Source: Botryllus schlosseri (taxonomy: Eukaryota). Taken from it: a stretch of 64,000 nucleotides of DNA. Of this stretch, positions 1 through 12,837 are shown piece by piece (the stretch's first letter is position 1; every line of letters begins with the position of its first letter). The translations under genes and the position numbers were made by a program. The stretch is taken from assembly GCA_051294905.1 (NCBI GenBank), contig CM119371.1:38628001-38692000 (forward strand), read 5' to 3'. The notes beneath the pieces were generated by a model. It saw only the letters and a list, made by a program, of their open reading frames with translations. It was not told where the DNA came from and did not search any database.

Positions 1-2321
1 CTGTTGTTAAACACCCTAGCAATGCAAAACCGAAATCTATTAGTTCCGATCACAATTGTGATTTTCAGTTAGAACGCCGACGTTCAGTGTTGTACTTGGA
101 AAAGACATTTTGCACGCTTGTTAGGTGGACTCGTTTCCTATGCGCAGTTGGGTGCAAATTGTTCGTAACTATGGCCTCATTTCAATCGTAACAACTTGTT
201 CAAATCAATACTGAAAGCGAAAAGTGCCAGATGAATGCTTTCCCATCAATGAAGATTTAACTGATTGGTATTATCGGTGTCGGGGATAGCGCAGTATGTT
301 TTACTTGTAATATTATGACATTATTGTAATGAATTCGTCGCTACAATTTGAAACATCACTTGAATCCGAACATCATGCCTATCGGCGCAATGTATCAAAT
401 ACTGAGGTGAAAAATATACACCGAATTAATCAAATGTTTGGGACAACAGTAAATTATGTTGATATCGTCCTCACAAAAGAACGTGAAGAAGGCTAGTTTA
501 ACTCAGTAAGCCTTTTGTTATCAAAACGTATGTACTAACATACTGGTTATGATGATGTGTCAGGTTTGTGCGTTGTGATGAAGCTTAACCAAATGCAAAA
601 TCAGCATATCAATGAGCCGATCGCTGCCCACATATTCAAACTTCCATCCTGTCCTAAGAATCGGCACAACCTATAACCATCCTTAATTTTGACGAATTGA
701 TTGAAGATGGCTCGTCAGTGTTTCTCAACCTGGGGGCGCGAAGAAGCGGTAAACTGGAAAAAATTTTCGCGCTCGACGCGATTTGCCTCAAATTCACGCG
801 TGTTTCTCCATATACAGACCTCATTTCATATTTTAGTTCTCTCATCAACACTCATAGCCTTCCATGCCATCAAACAATCTGTTGGGGTTGCTGGCATCCT
901 GGTTGGATTTTGTGATATGAAGATAAGGGGGCGCAAAATTTTTCACTATCAAAAAGGGGGGCGTGTCTAAAAAAAGGTTGAGAACCACTGGACTGGATTA
1001 TAAAATCTTGTTAATGTTCCTGACGTATGTGCATTATCATCAAATCAATGTTAAAATTTTATTAATCCATATCTATTATAATCTCCATGTCTCCTTGGAC
1101 ACTATATAAAAGTTGGCTTATAATTCATAGGCGCCGAGTTACGGGATGACGTGGTGGCGCAGCCACCCCATTCCACATTTATGGGGTGGCGGCCACCCCA
1201 TACAATAAAACTAAACGTCCGACGTCTGCGATTTTAAATCGTCAGCGCTGTCAATTAGCGAGTCCGTGATGGCGCGTAAATGCCAACTATTTACCATCAA
1301 CCGATACACACGCGAATATTTGAATACGCAGCTTCGTCAGCGACAACAAACTTATGCTTAAAACGCCTCCAATAAATTGTAATCCGTGACTAGTAATCAG
1401 ACAATCGAAGCAACCTCGTTTACGACGTCGATTCCGACACGCTTGCGATGAGAAACAACATTTCCTCTCTCGACCAGACGAGCGAATTCACGTTCTCCTT
1501 TTCTTAATTAAATTGTATTAGCGCCCATCATTTAATAAGTAATTCTGAGCGCGAAATATGACAGTGTGTTTCTGTATGCCTGAGAATAGAAAGTCATTCC
1601 TCCGCAAAGTGCGCTATTCATTACTCTAACAAGGCTTTGCCAACTTTTATCGGGAAATGCGAAAATGCAGCTCAAACGTCGTTATAATGAGCAAACAATC
1701 GTCGTGATGTCAGATTTGGAACCCCATTGTGCTGTACGCAAGTTGAGGAATTACTGATTAGATGCGCGCTTTCTAGTTTGCTATCATCTGTAGGATACCA
1801 ATTTTTGTACGCTTGAGACACTCGTATTCACTCGAAGTCACTTGTCAGTGTTTGATTTGTTATCAATACTGCGCGATTTGCAGTGCATGGCGTTGAATTA
1901 GGTTGTCAAATATTGATGCAACACGAGATTCTCGGTGGCGCAAATTCTGAAATTATTCGATTAGATTTAACGGCCACCTTCTATGTTCCAATAAACTTCA
2001 TTGCTGGACGGACTCTATCGAGCAGAACTATATCGAGGATCGAATTCAAACCTTTGGGATGTGTATTTCTACTGATAATGTCGCGGCATGCGCCCATATT
2101 GCTCGCACTGCAATTACACATGGATATTTGAAAGATGCCAAAACTGCCAAAAATAAAAATTTGAAAATGCCAAAAATAAGCAATTTTTGGCATATGCCAA
2201 AAAAAAACACGGCCTGCCAAATAGTGTATTTCGTTCATGGTGTTGTATTAACAGGACCGCGTTACAAGCGAGAACAGCGTTTGTGGAAGGTAGGTTTCTT
2301 AATCTGGGTCCAGCCCACCCA
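1..2321 (+). repeat. Left arm (outer part) of a large, near-identical inverted duplication; partner 35064-37383; probably continues beyond the window's left edge
   Basis: Base 1 ctgttgttaaacaccctagc is the reverse complement of the sequence ending at 37383. The ORF track shows mirror ORFs (654-970 vs 36414-36730; 1883-2131 vs 35253-35501). Only scattered substitutions/indels seen by eye. Confidence 0.97.
716..990. mobile_element. hAT-type MITE (TIR CAGTG(T/G)TTCTCAACC); mirror copy at 36394-36668; diverged relative at about 7344-7627
   Basis: cagtgtttctcaacc at 716 and ggttgagaaccactg ending at 990; no clean 8-bp TSD. Confidence 0.75.
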
Positions 2322-3205
2322 GTATGTATTGAACTTGGCACCTTTTTGAAATGCATTTGCTGTATGGAATACTGGTAAGCATCACGGTGTTTTGTAAGTG
2401 AACTGGTATATCCTTAGAGAATGAATTTGATTCTGTTGCAATCGGTTATCTTTGTGATAAAGATTTTTATGAAAGTTTGCTGGTAAAATTTCACAAAAAT
2501 TGTTAACAATCCAGGAAGTATACTAACTGTGCCAGAGTAAAATTGGTGGTAACGTCATGTGCAACTTTCCATTCCATTACTCAATTATTCTATGAAATAC
2601 ACCCTTCTGTCACGCACAACTTATTGCAGAAAAAAAAACTGTATCCAGTATGATATCTGCGTGATTACTGAACAGTTCAATTGAATTGCGAATTTTTGCA
2701 ACAAATATTTTCTTTTCAATAGTCTTGGATTGATCCTCAAATTCGTTCAACTGATGTCCACTCTTTAAAAAAGCCCCCTGGGTCTACCGCGCCTGCGCTA
2801 TCAGACAATGTTGACAGTGACGTGAGGAGTCGTTCGTAACGGGTTTTGTGCCGGCACAGTCATCTTATGTGATACAGACCTTTGTCTCAAGAGCCCATGG
2901 ATACATGTGATTATGTAAGCCTATTTTTTCATTTTATATATCACCATTGATTATGTAATTTGCTGGTTTTTGCAGTCCTACTTTTCTCACGAACTATCTC
3001 GCAGAGTAGCTTACGGGCTATTCGATATGAGCTGAAAAAGGCTTTATCTGTGTACACTGCACAGTAAAGTGTACCCTGAACTGTGTACACTGAACAGAGA
3101 TGTAGTTGAACGTAATGAGCTCGTGTAACTTGTACTTTAACTATTGCTTACTGGACTATAATGGGCTAGGTCAGTGGTTCTCAGCCTGGGGGGCTGAGCA
3201 CCTCT

Positions 3206-5236
3206 CAGGGCTGTGGAGTCGGAGTCGGAGTCGGAGTCGGAGTCGGGGTAATTTTCGCTTGATGGAGTCGGTGTCGGAGTCGGAGTCGTGAAAACTATCA
3301 TAGCTGGAGTCGGAGTCGGAGTCGGAGTCGGTGGGAAACTACTGACTGGAGTCGGAGTTTGTGAGAATGACTATGACTTCGACTCCGACTCCGACTCCAA
3401 CTTCTCTATCATGAAAACATTTGCTTTCAAAGAATTTTTATTATAATTTTTATGTACCACCAATCACTGTTAATATTAAACATACAGATCAGGTGCGGCC
3501 AGCCCTTGGCACGCAGGCCAAATTTGGCACACGAGAAGGTTAGATGTGGCCTGCGAGGTAATTCTCGAAATTATTTATGACATCAGGTACAATTGCAAGG
3601 CCAACCAAAATTTGATTAGCATGACCGCGAATTTTGATGATGACTAAAACAACAGTTCTGACGCATTGACGTATCCAGGGGTCAGCCACATTTATCCCAG
3701 ATCTTCGTATATGACCATAAAATAGAATATTTCATAGCAGATTTATTTGACTTGAAATTTTTCTCGGTACTTCGCATGATTCGTTGTCACTAGATTTCTT
3801 GCATTCAGTATTTGAGCCCCCTTCTGAAAATTATAAATACATATTATTCACAGAATTTAGTCTAACTATATTCGCAATTAGGAGATACGGCTTCGCTTGT
3901 GCACGCGCAGCGAGATCGTCGACAAAACATTTGCACAAAATGATAGAGGCATATTCACTGATACGGTCGATTTTGCTATGTCTAAACGTTGAATAATCCT
4001 GTCCTTGCCAAATGAGCCCAGTGGTATACAGATGCGACCCCAATGTATGTTAGCGACATATTTATTGATATAGCTATAGCCTAATTCAGTCGTTATCTTG
4101 CAAAAAAATTTCGCCAGGGCATGATTGCGCACTGCACAGTTGCATGACATATTGTTATCAATTTTAGAACGTATTAATATAAGTCTTGTTTGCAATGTTA
4201 CCTAATTCGGTTCGCTCTTATCGATGACTAAAAAAAGGTTATCAACATTCCAGTTGCCCGCGCAATGGTTCGTAAATCTCAGGTGTCCCTTTCGCCGAAA
4301 AAGTTGCCCACCCCTATTATAGATAAAATTAGACATTACTTGCAAATTACAACTCAGTTGCAGGGGAAGAAAATCGCAGGGGAAGAAAATCGCAAGATGC
4401 GTTTTCGCGATGCAGTCAAAATTGATGCAATTTTTGGAATTATACCATGATACTGTGACAGAGAAAATGCATCGGCTGGTGTTGTAAAATTGTAAAAATG
4501 ATGTAAATATGACCAAACGATGCTTCCCACTTGAAAAAATTAAAAATATTTGTAGAGTAGCTTAGCTGTTTGGGTCGAACAAATGATTAAGAAAGACTGC
4601 AAGTCCCAATCCTTGAATACTTGATTAAGTACATGTAGACTAGACATAGGCTATGGTCTTTGACTACTTAACTAAATTCCATTTATGACCAATGTCTATT
4701 ATTAGTAGTAAGAGTGTTTGTGCTTGTAATCAGGATAGTGTGCAATGTCAAAATTAGTAAGTTCAATTTCTTTATTAGTTGCTGAGTCATACACAAGAGC
4801 TACACTTGGATTTTTTATCTACATTTTTATGATGCAGGATTGGATCTACCATATTTGAATGATTCATACATTTCAGAATATTAGAGAGTCCATGTTATAA
4901 AAACTTGAATATGGGAGGATATTTAGCAAATCTATATTTCATGTTAATTGCATAGTGGATAATTCGAGCTGTGCCACAATGCAACAATTTAGCATGCCAC
5001 AGTTAATCATATGTTCGCATATGTTTAGTGGTTGTATGATAGTCATTCAACCGACAATGTGGCATATAATTTTCGAAGTAAATTGGTAATAATGCTGGAG
5101 TCGGAGTCGGGAGTCGGACTCGGAGTCTGTACATTTAAAGACTCAGGAGTCGGAGTCGGAGTCGGTATATTGAAAATGTGTGGAGTCGGAGTCGGAGCCG
5201 GAGTCGGTGGTAAAATTTACCGACTCCACAGCCCTG
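3206..5236. mobile_element. Non-autonomous hAT element with (GGAGTC)n subterminal arrays
   Basis: 17-bp TIR CAGGGCTGTGGAGTCGG / CCGACTCCACAGCCCTG; perfect 8-bp TSD GCACCTCT (3198-3205, 5237-5244). Confidence 0.92.
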
Positions 5237-5777
5237 GCACCTCTCCTGCGCTTCTGTAACCTATCTCTGTGAAATATTTATAATTACTTCTGCATCAAAT
5301 TTACAATTTTCCTTTGTAATGTTTCGTATTTTCTAGGAGCAGCATTTGGATTTGACCAGTAAAAAAAAGATCCGCCATGGCACGCCACGAATCAGGGACT
5401 CATCAAGCCTGGGTTGCGGCTGATGGAAAGAATATGAAAAATGCCCTATTGTGCAGGTAGTATGTATTGCAATTGGCACCTTCTTGAAATGCATTTGTTG
5501 TTTTAAATACTGGTAAGCATCGCGGTATTTCGTAAGTAAACTGGTATATCCTTAGATAATGAATTTGATTCTGCTGCATTTGGTTATTTTTATGAATGTT
5601 TGCTGGTAAAATTCCACTAAAATGATTAACAATCCAGGAAAGTATGCTACTCGTGCTGTAGTAAAACTGGTGGTACGGTCACATGCAACTTTCCATTACA
5701 ATAATTATTTGTTCTATGAAAGACACCCTTTTGTCACATACAAATGTATCCAGTGTGATATCTGCGTAATACTGAAT

Positions 5778-5962
5778 GCCGGTGACGTGATATTTTGTGA
5801 TACGATTTTTGATGTACAACGTTCTTTCGAGTCCTCTACTAGTTACTGACGATTACCCCTGACGAGTCTCAGCCGAAAATATTCGGGCTCATTTCAATAT
5901 GCATATACTATTCAATTTTATATTGAAGTTTTGCACCTCGAAGAAGCTGTTCGAATATTGAA
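5778..5962 (+). mobile_element. Penelope-like element pseudo-LTR fragment
   Basis: Absent from the paralogous segment at about 2670. Flanked by aatactgaa/aatattgaa. Similar to the 3' end of the Penelope-like fragment at 37810-37995. Confidence 0.6.
5856..5887 (+). ncRNA. Minimal type I hammerhead ribozyme motif (Penelope-type), slightly degenerate stem II
   Basis: ccc-CTGACGA-gtctcagcc-GAAA-atat-TC-ggg: CUGANGA and GAAA cores, palindromic stem III (AATATT), NUH triplet and ccc/ggg stem I. Confidence 0.55.
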
Positions 5963-8496
5963 TAGTTACATTGTATTGCAAATTTTTGAAACAAGTATTT
6001 TCTTTTCAACAGTCTTGGATTGATCTTCAAATTCATCCAACTGGTGTCGACTCTTCGAAGAGACCCCCTGGTTCTACCGTGCCTGTGCTAACAGACAATG
6101 TTGATAGTGACGTGAGGAGTCATCTGAACGGATTTTGTGCCGGTGCAGTCATCTTTTGCGATAATACTTCTGCCTCAAGAACCCATGGAAACATGTGATC
6201 ATGTAAGTCTATTTACTCATTTCATATATCACCATTGATCATGTAATGTGCTGGTTTTTGCAGTCCTAATTTTCTTAATAACTATCTATATATGCGAAAT
6301 GAGCTGAAGAGAGGCTTGATCTGTGTACATTGAACAGAGGTGTTGTTGAATGTAAAGAGCTGGGGTAACTTGTATTTAAACTACTGCTTACTGATCTATA
6401 CTTGGAACATCAAATTGAGATCATTTCCCATGTCGTGCTAATTCCAAATAATTTCGTTAATTAAATTTAATCAGGAAGGAAGTATTTTGAAAGATTGAGA
6501 ACAATTACAATTACTGCAATGAAGGAAAAGTATTCAACACCTTCGATAAGATGTCACAAAGTTTTTTGTACTAAAGACAATCAATGTGTCCTTTGTCTGG
6601 TCAATTATTGTAATGGAAATCCAAACCCATAGGAATACCGATTCTACTATATTTATTTTCGGATCTTGTTTGCAATCAATTACATTTTCAGCAAAACGAG
6701 GTTGATGAAGTCAACTGTCTCCTTCTCCAAGCCAAATTGAGAGACAAGCAAATACAATCCAAGACCGAAGCGCATGTCTTATTGAAACAGGTATCGTAAT
6801 CTTTCTGTTTTGTGGACCATACAAATATACATAGACCGTTCGTAGACGTACATAGACGTTGTGCTATCAATTTCATCCTGAGTTACAGTTCTGCGTTCTC
6901 ACTGTGGCCTGTGCGTCTGAATGTCAATGTAAATGTCAAAATGGCCGAATTGAAAAAAGCGCGGACCTAATTCAAGATATTTTTATTAGTTGGTATGCGA
7001 ATTTTAGTCCTTCTTAGTGATAGGATTTCACATGTACCCGAGCGCCTTTCCTGCGCTTGTGTAACCTACAGGTGTGAAATATTTATATTTATTTCTGCAT
7101 AAAATTTAGAATTTTCATTGACATATTCAAAACTTTGGAATTTAATCACATTTTCAGGGAGCACAACTTGGAGTCGACCAGTAGAAAAGAAGCAAACATC
7201 ATGGCACGCCACGAATCAGAAATTGACCGATCCTGGATTGTAGCTGATGCCAAGAATATAAAACTGCTTCAGTGAAAATGAAGTATTCAGAAACATTGTT
7301 GACGTTTTGAGCTACTATGCATTGGATTGTCATACCCTGAAGGAGTGGTTCTCAAACAGGAGAAAGCATTTGAAGGGGCGTGAACCCGCTGTCAACTAAA
7401 ATCTTTTTCGCACATGGCAGCTTCTACTTATTTCTCTGTGTATGGTCAGAATTTAATATTTGAATGTTCTCTCATCAACAACTATTACCGTCACTGCCAT
7501 CCAACTATCAGTTGGGATTTTTAGCGTTCTGGTTGCTTTTTTTAATTTCATGATACGACGATAAGGGTGTGTGAATTTTTTTTGCTATCACAACGGGGCG
7601 TGTCCAAATATGTTCATGAACCAGTGCCCTAATGACTTCCAGATTTCATATTTTGCAGCAGACTGGCAAATGACAACAAAATCTTTTCTGTAAATCTGCA
7701 AAATTTGTATGGACTCAAAGAAACGATTTCTTTGTTATTTAAACAAAAGTGATTGGCATTAACCTGATATAAATCCTTGTAATGCAAGCCCAAGAATATT
7801 TTTGATGCCTGGTTAGCAGGCCCAATCTCATTAAGAGTAAAAAAATACTTTGTTACTTGTTTATCGTGGTAGTGGTAGTGAAACTGATATATTCATTGTT
7901 TGTTTTTTTACAATAAAATTAGAAATTTACAAGCCATAATTTGATCAATTATAAATATGTTTTAATGATTTGTGTTGATCATGTTTTCCGTTAACGGACG
8001 TAACCAATGAATTTGATTCCATGCCATTGTCACGAAAGTTTAAGATACTAAATGATATTTTGTTATCACTGTCCCTAATTCCCTATGCATTCATTTTCAT
8101 GATTGAACGAGTTGCATGATATTTGTAGTGAGTTTGCTCTTGATCATTTGTGATGTTCGTGATTTCATGGACTATTCCGGAAACGGTTTCAACTGCTGAT
8201 CTGAATTTATGAAACCCTGTCACAGCAGCTATTGGAAATTTCAATGTTTGCACGTATTTAATCACCAAGGTTGGGTATTATAAGCGTCATCTATTCATGA
8301 ATCAATAAAATCTGATTTTATTTTGAGCCCTGCGTTCCGGTGACTAGTCAACCAGCCACTTTGAGGCTGAACACTTTTTAGGTAAACACTTTTAATTTAA
8401 ACACTTCGCAACACTTCTAGGCGTTCAATTTTTGGATCACGTTTCGTGTTCAATTTTCCGGGTTGAGTAACACTTCAGAATTTACAGTGATAGGGG

Positions 8497-8766
8497 TGCA
8501 AGCATGGTGTCCTAAATGGTGTGGGCATAGCGAGATTGAACGGCTGACTGCATTTGGTTTACGTCATACTTTCCATTTGTTCAAACGCAATTTTACGACC
8601 ATTTTTTACCAGCTTGTCGAGCACTAAATTTGATAAAACGAGTATCAATGAGAAGCTGCCGCAGTACTGATTATTAAAATATAACTTATATTCTGCTCAT
8701 GGAACTGGAATCCCCAAAATCAATCACGAGTTTTGCATCGTGATCGAGTTGAGCATTGTCACGCAA
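8497..8766 (+). repeat. Second left-side segment of the inverted duplication; partner 34791-35060
   Basis: 270-bp near-identical reverse complement of 34791-35060. Confidence 0.95.
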
Positions 8767-8844
8767 CAAACTGTCTGGCTATTTCTGAGCTGCATAGTCT
8801 CGTTTTGCCAGACCGTCTTGTTGCGTCAATGTTCTTAAACAAGC

Positions 8845-9244
8845 TAACCTTCCCAGGACTCTTCCATGCGAGTTGGTAATATTAAAGCCACTTGAAGTGA
8901 CAAAAGTCCTCCGAAAATATATCGGTAGACTGAATGAGAAATGATAGTCGGGCTACTAAATAGAATATAGAATGTGTTGAGAGACAACACAGGAAACTCC
9001 TGGAAAAGGATCGAGAAAAATATTCTTTCCGCGATGAGATCGATGGCACCGGCGAAGTGATCTCTTTTCATGATGCATGGAAGATCGGTTCCTTTTGTGG
9101 ATGACCTTTTGTGGATGACTGGCAACATTCTTTCCCTCAACGGCTACTGTTGAAGCCGATTTTTCCCAGATTTGCTGGGCGAGAAATTTATTTAGGAGAA
9201 ACTTAGCTGACGTGAGTTTGGAAGCACTGTTACAGTGCAAATGA
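8845..9244 (+). pseudogene. hAT-like transposase C-terminal relic (dimerization-domain region)
   Basis: Hand translation gives NLPRTLPCELVILKP... and FCG*LATFFPSTATVEADFSQICWARNLFRRNLADVSLEALLQCK*. This fits the hAT C-terminal P-x-T/S-x-x-V-E-x-x-F-S pattern and is interrupted by stops and a 14-bp tandem duplication. Confidence 0.6.
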
Positions 9245-11517
9245 TTAAGTCTATTCAACAGCTGTAACAATCAGCTGTAGAGCGTGTTTGTTAGGCTTTT
9301 CTTTTTTTTTTTTGCTTATTGGCACCGATTCCGATGAATACTGCACATTTTGTGGTTTCGTTTGATATTAATAACCTATGAAATCGTTAGGTTTTTTCTT
9401 TTTCTCATTGTTTGTTGGCACTGATTATACGTGGATGCTGCACATTTTGTGGTGTCTTTTGATAAACTAGCCCAAATAAAGCGTTTTTGGGACTAATTCG
9501 AGGCTGAAACTATCTATTTAGAGGACGATGCCAAAACTGCCAAAAGTAAAAATCGAAAAATGCCAAAAATAAGTTATTTTTGGCAGTTTTGGCACATGCC
9601 AAAAATCACACGGCCTGGCCATAGGCCACGGGGGCTGATATTGACCAGCGCGTTGTCGGCATTAAACCCCCAGGTGCCTAGTCAGGGAGTTTCTCAATTG
9701 TAACTAGAAATCCCGTCATAAGGCCAATTATCTAATTCGTATTATCATTATCAAATTAGCAGGAATCATTTGTCTGCGAAATGGGTCATCGATATCACAT
9801 GTGCAGTGTAAACTATCGGCGATGGTTTGATTTAGCGCGTCTGCATGCAGGCCTGCTACCGTCCGCAGAAACACTTTTGCCAAACAGTAACAATCTTTGA
9901 GTGTATAATATTGTTCGCGTCTATATATCTTTTTGAATAAAACTTATGACCGCGTCTGAACAAATTGTGCTCGTTGCCATTGCCGAATCTGGGTATTTTG
10001 GTATGACTAGCGCACCCTGTATTTGTAATTTTGCGGGCTTGCGGCATGTCTGCAATTTCGTTATCAGCGCAACCTGGCCGGCCCATTGTACAGTCCGCTA
10101 CATTGGTCACTACTATGTATTTCGCACAGCGTACTGAGGCTGATTTCAGCAAACTAACGATCCTTATTAGATGTACAAATTCGACCTCATCGTTAAAAAC
10201 GTAGATTTCATCGCGCACTCTGAGAAACACCGTCTCCTATCGCGATTTGACGAATAAATATACGTTCACCTTCTTCGAATTAAAATGCATTAACTTCATC
10301 GCAAGCAAGCACCGCAAGCCGCGTTCAAAATATTTTGTGAACCATATTTGTGATAAAAATTCTCGGAGCGCAAAGTTGAACAGCGTTTTATTGTGTGTGC
10401 CTGCTATTTGGATTTTATTCCAGTGCCAATAATAATAATCCAATTATGCTTTGCGGACGTAAATAGGGAAATGCAGCAATTCAGTCAAAATCGATGTTTT
10501 TATCAGCAACCAATAATCACAATGCGAGCTATACTCAATACTAAGCAAAAACCCATTGTGTTAGCAGTAAGGGATAATTACTGATTAGTCGGACGCGTTT
10601 GTAATCATAATGCTTGTCTGTCTTTCGTGTTCCAGAATTGTCGCGCCGTGTTAATGCTCGTTGCTCAGTCCAGCGACGAATGCCGAGCGCGCGATAATCA
10701 ATGACCTAACATCGCAATCATCTCAGCGGAAGATCGCGAGGCGTTATACATTGTTCGATGCGATATGCGTGCACAGATGAATCTCGTTATTGGTCGCGGT
10801 CCCGCATAACTCTCAGAATACGACTTGTTGAATTGCATCTGGATATTAGCGTCAGAAGGGTCATTTCAAAAGGACGGCGTTTTGCGTGTCAAAAGAAGGG
10901 GGTTTCGACACCCCCCGGCTACGCGCCTGCCGCCACCCTATGCAAAAATAAAAGTCGGCGCCTATGCCTTATAATTCCGATTATACTATAATGCGGCCTG
11001 CAAATGGATTCAGATGTTAAATGTGTCTCGCGAGCTGAAAAGTTTAACCACGCCTTGTATATTTGGAGTCTAGTGATTTACTTTCGAATGCTTGTGGTTT
11101 TTGAAACGTTTTATACAATAAACACAAAATATTTAAAGTAGTACTTTTATGTGGGTTATGACACAATGGGGTGGGTGCCCAGTCTACCGAAAAAAAAAAT
11201 TGACGTTATAGAGAAAAACGAAAGTCACTTTTGAATTCAGTGCCCAAAAGTTAGTCGAAATCAATTGTCTGATCAAAGTCAACAAAAATTGTGTTTACCC
11301 CTGTTATCAGCAATTTCATGACTTCTGTAAACGGAGAAGAGGGACTCGAAGGAGGCGCTCAGCCCACAAAACAACTATGGATACGCCACTGTGCCGTTCT
11401 CACTTCGACTTGTCTCAGCTACGACAAAGATATAATTCCGACAGCTACGAAAATTAAAATAAAAAAAAAACAATGTGAATTAGTGAAAAATTATAAATTT
11501 CGAATAGTACTATCTCA

Positions 11518-11884
11518 TAGGATTACCATACGTCCTTTTGGAAATGTCCTCCGAGGAAGCCTAAATGAAGTCCTTCTTTTCAAGTCGTCGTCCGGTTCAG
11601 CTTTTACTGTTGAGATAATGGATAGATTCGAGTGAAAAGGGCCATAAATGACGCTAAATAGGAAATTCGTGGTTCGATTAAAAACGACGATCTTTTTCAG
11701 TCAACACCACCAATTTTAAGTAGTGTGTGAATTGCGAGTGTAAAAAGTGTGTAAATTGCGAGTCGGACGAAAGTGACGACTTTTTATTTTGCCAACCCAC
11801 CAAATCTTTCAGCAGAATTAGCGAAATCAGCTGATTCCAGTTTTCATCAACCAACTGTTCCGATTTCAAAATATGGTAGCCCTA
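11518..11884. mobile_element. hAT-type MITE; part of a ~1-kb direct repeat (11515-12570) also present at 63195-64000
   Basis: TIR TAGGATTACCATA / TATGGTAGCCCTA; flanks ctatctca / ctatatca (7/8); second copy at 63197-63570 with shared downstream sequence. Confidence 0.75.
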
Positions 11885-11923
11885 CTATATCATATCATCA
11901 AAAGAGCAACATGTGTGACATAT

Positions 11924-12202
11924 TTTGTTTTGTTTTGTTTTGGGGTATTCATGGTGTTTGTCGAATACTATGGTCATTCACATCGGGCCGATATTCTTCT
12001 TCTTTTTCCGTAACTGCCGACCGCCCACCTCAAGGCTTTTGTAAAACACCGATTACGCGAATGTGGGGGCAAGGAGGATCCTAGGTAAAGCTCCAACACT
12101 TGGGTATCAGAATCAGGAAGTCAACCTCAGTCGGACTCGAACCCTCACCCCTTTGTGTAGCAGTCGCGGTTTATACCACTGCGCTATCTCGCCCCACTCC
12201 CC
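11924..12202 (-). mobile_element. tRNA-derived SINE (family 1)
   Basis: Minus strand has an A box (tagcgcagtggt), a B box (ggttcgagtcc) and a (CAAAA)n tail. TSD TGACATAT. Absent from the paralogous segment near 63600-63630. Confidence 0.85.
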
Positions 12203-12837
12203 TGACATATAGTGCCAAACATATAAGCCGACTCTCAATTCTCACAGCCAAGATAACGATACATTTATCTTTAATACATTTGTTTGTTCGTTCAGGACAG
12301 GAGCTAGAATTGTAGATATCGCACTGACTGCATATTCTCATTGACGTTACTTGTAAGATGTTTGTAAATTTACCATAAGCAATGGCATGACATCATATAG
12401 GTTATTCGCATTACTTGCGCAATTGGGTATGATTTTAGACGACACTTCAACAGTCGCATCACAGGGTTTTATGCAAACCTATACTCAATTTGGTTCTGTG
12501 GATTTCGTAAAGTAAAAAGACCGGTAGGTGGGCAATCTTCATTACTTTTATGATTGAAATTGTCATATTAGATGAGCAAGATAGACCATTATCACGATGG
12601 TCGAATATGTTATCCAAAATGCCATCCATTCGTGGTCGCATTACGCATTTTGCAATTTCAAAAGTAGACACTCATCACTAACTGCTTAAATATTGCTATC
12701 AATCGACCAAATTAATTTAAGAAATTAACTCTTTGGTCGTTTCCTGACCACCATATTCTACTTTCTCCCGCTGATCAAGCTCGACACAAATTTTCGGAAC
12801 CCAATATTTACGGATTCGAAAAAGAGGACATATATAT

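Larger units (their letters stand above)
2322..7270 (+). pseudogene. Degenerate, tandemly duplicated gene-like segments of unknown identity (about 2322-3160 vs 5460-6400; 5237-5440 vs 7022-7270)
   Basis: Clear direct paralogy with conserved splice-like signals (ttttcaacag, gtaagt/gtaagc, tttttgcag). Stops and frameshifts occur in all frames and no family was recognised. Confidence 0.4.
1126..10966. mobile_element. Putative ~9.8-kb non-autonomous hAT-like element with nested insertions and cargo
   Basis: TIR CATAGGCGCCGA at 1126 and TCGGCGCCTATG ending at 10966. Flanks gcttataatt (1116-1125) and ccttataatt (10967-10976) match 9/10. Both ends carry nearby GCCACCC motifs. Confidence 0.55.

Noticed and set aside
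654..2378. Short ORFs duplicated at 35029-36730
   Set aside because: They lie in MITE or repeat DNA and recur only because of the inverted duplication; no protein motifs are present.
3106..3291. SR-rich or GV-rich peptides (also 5032-5259)
   Set aside because: These are translations of the (GGAGTC)n subterminal repeat of a transposon.
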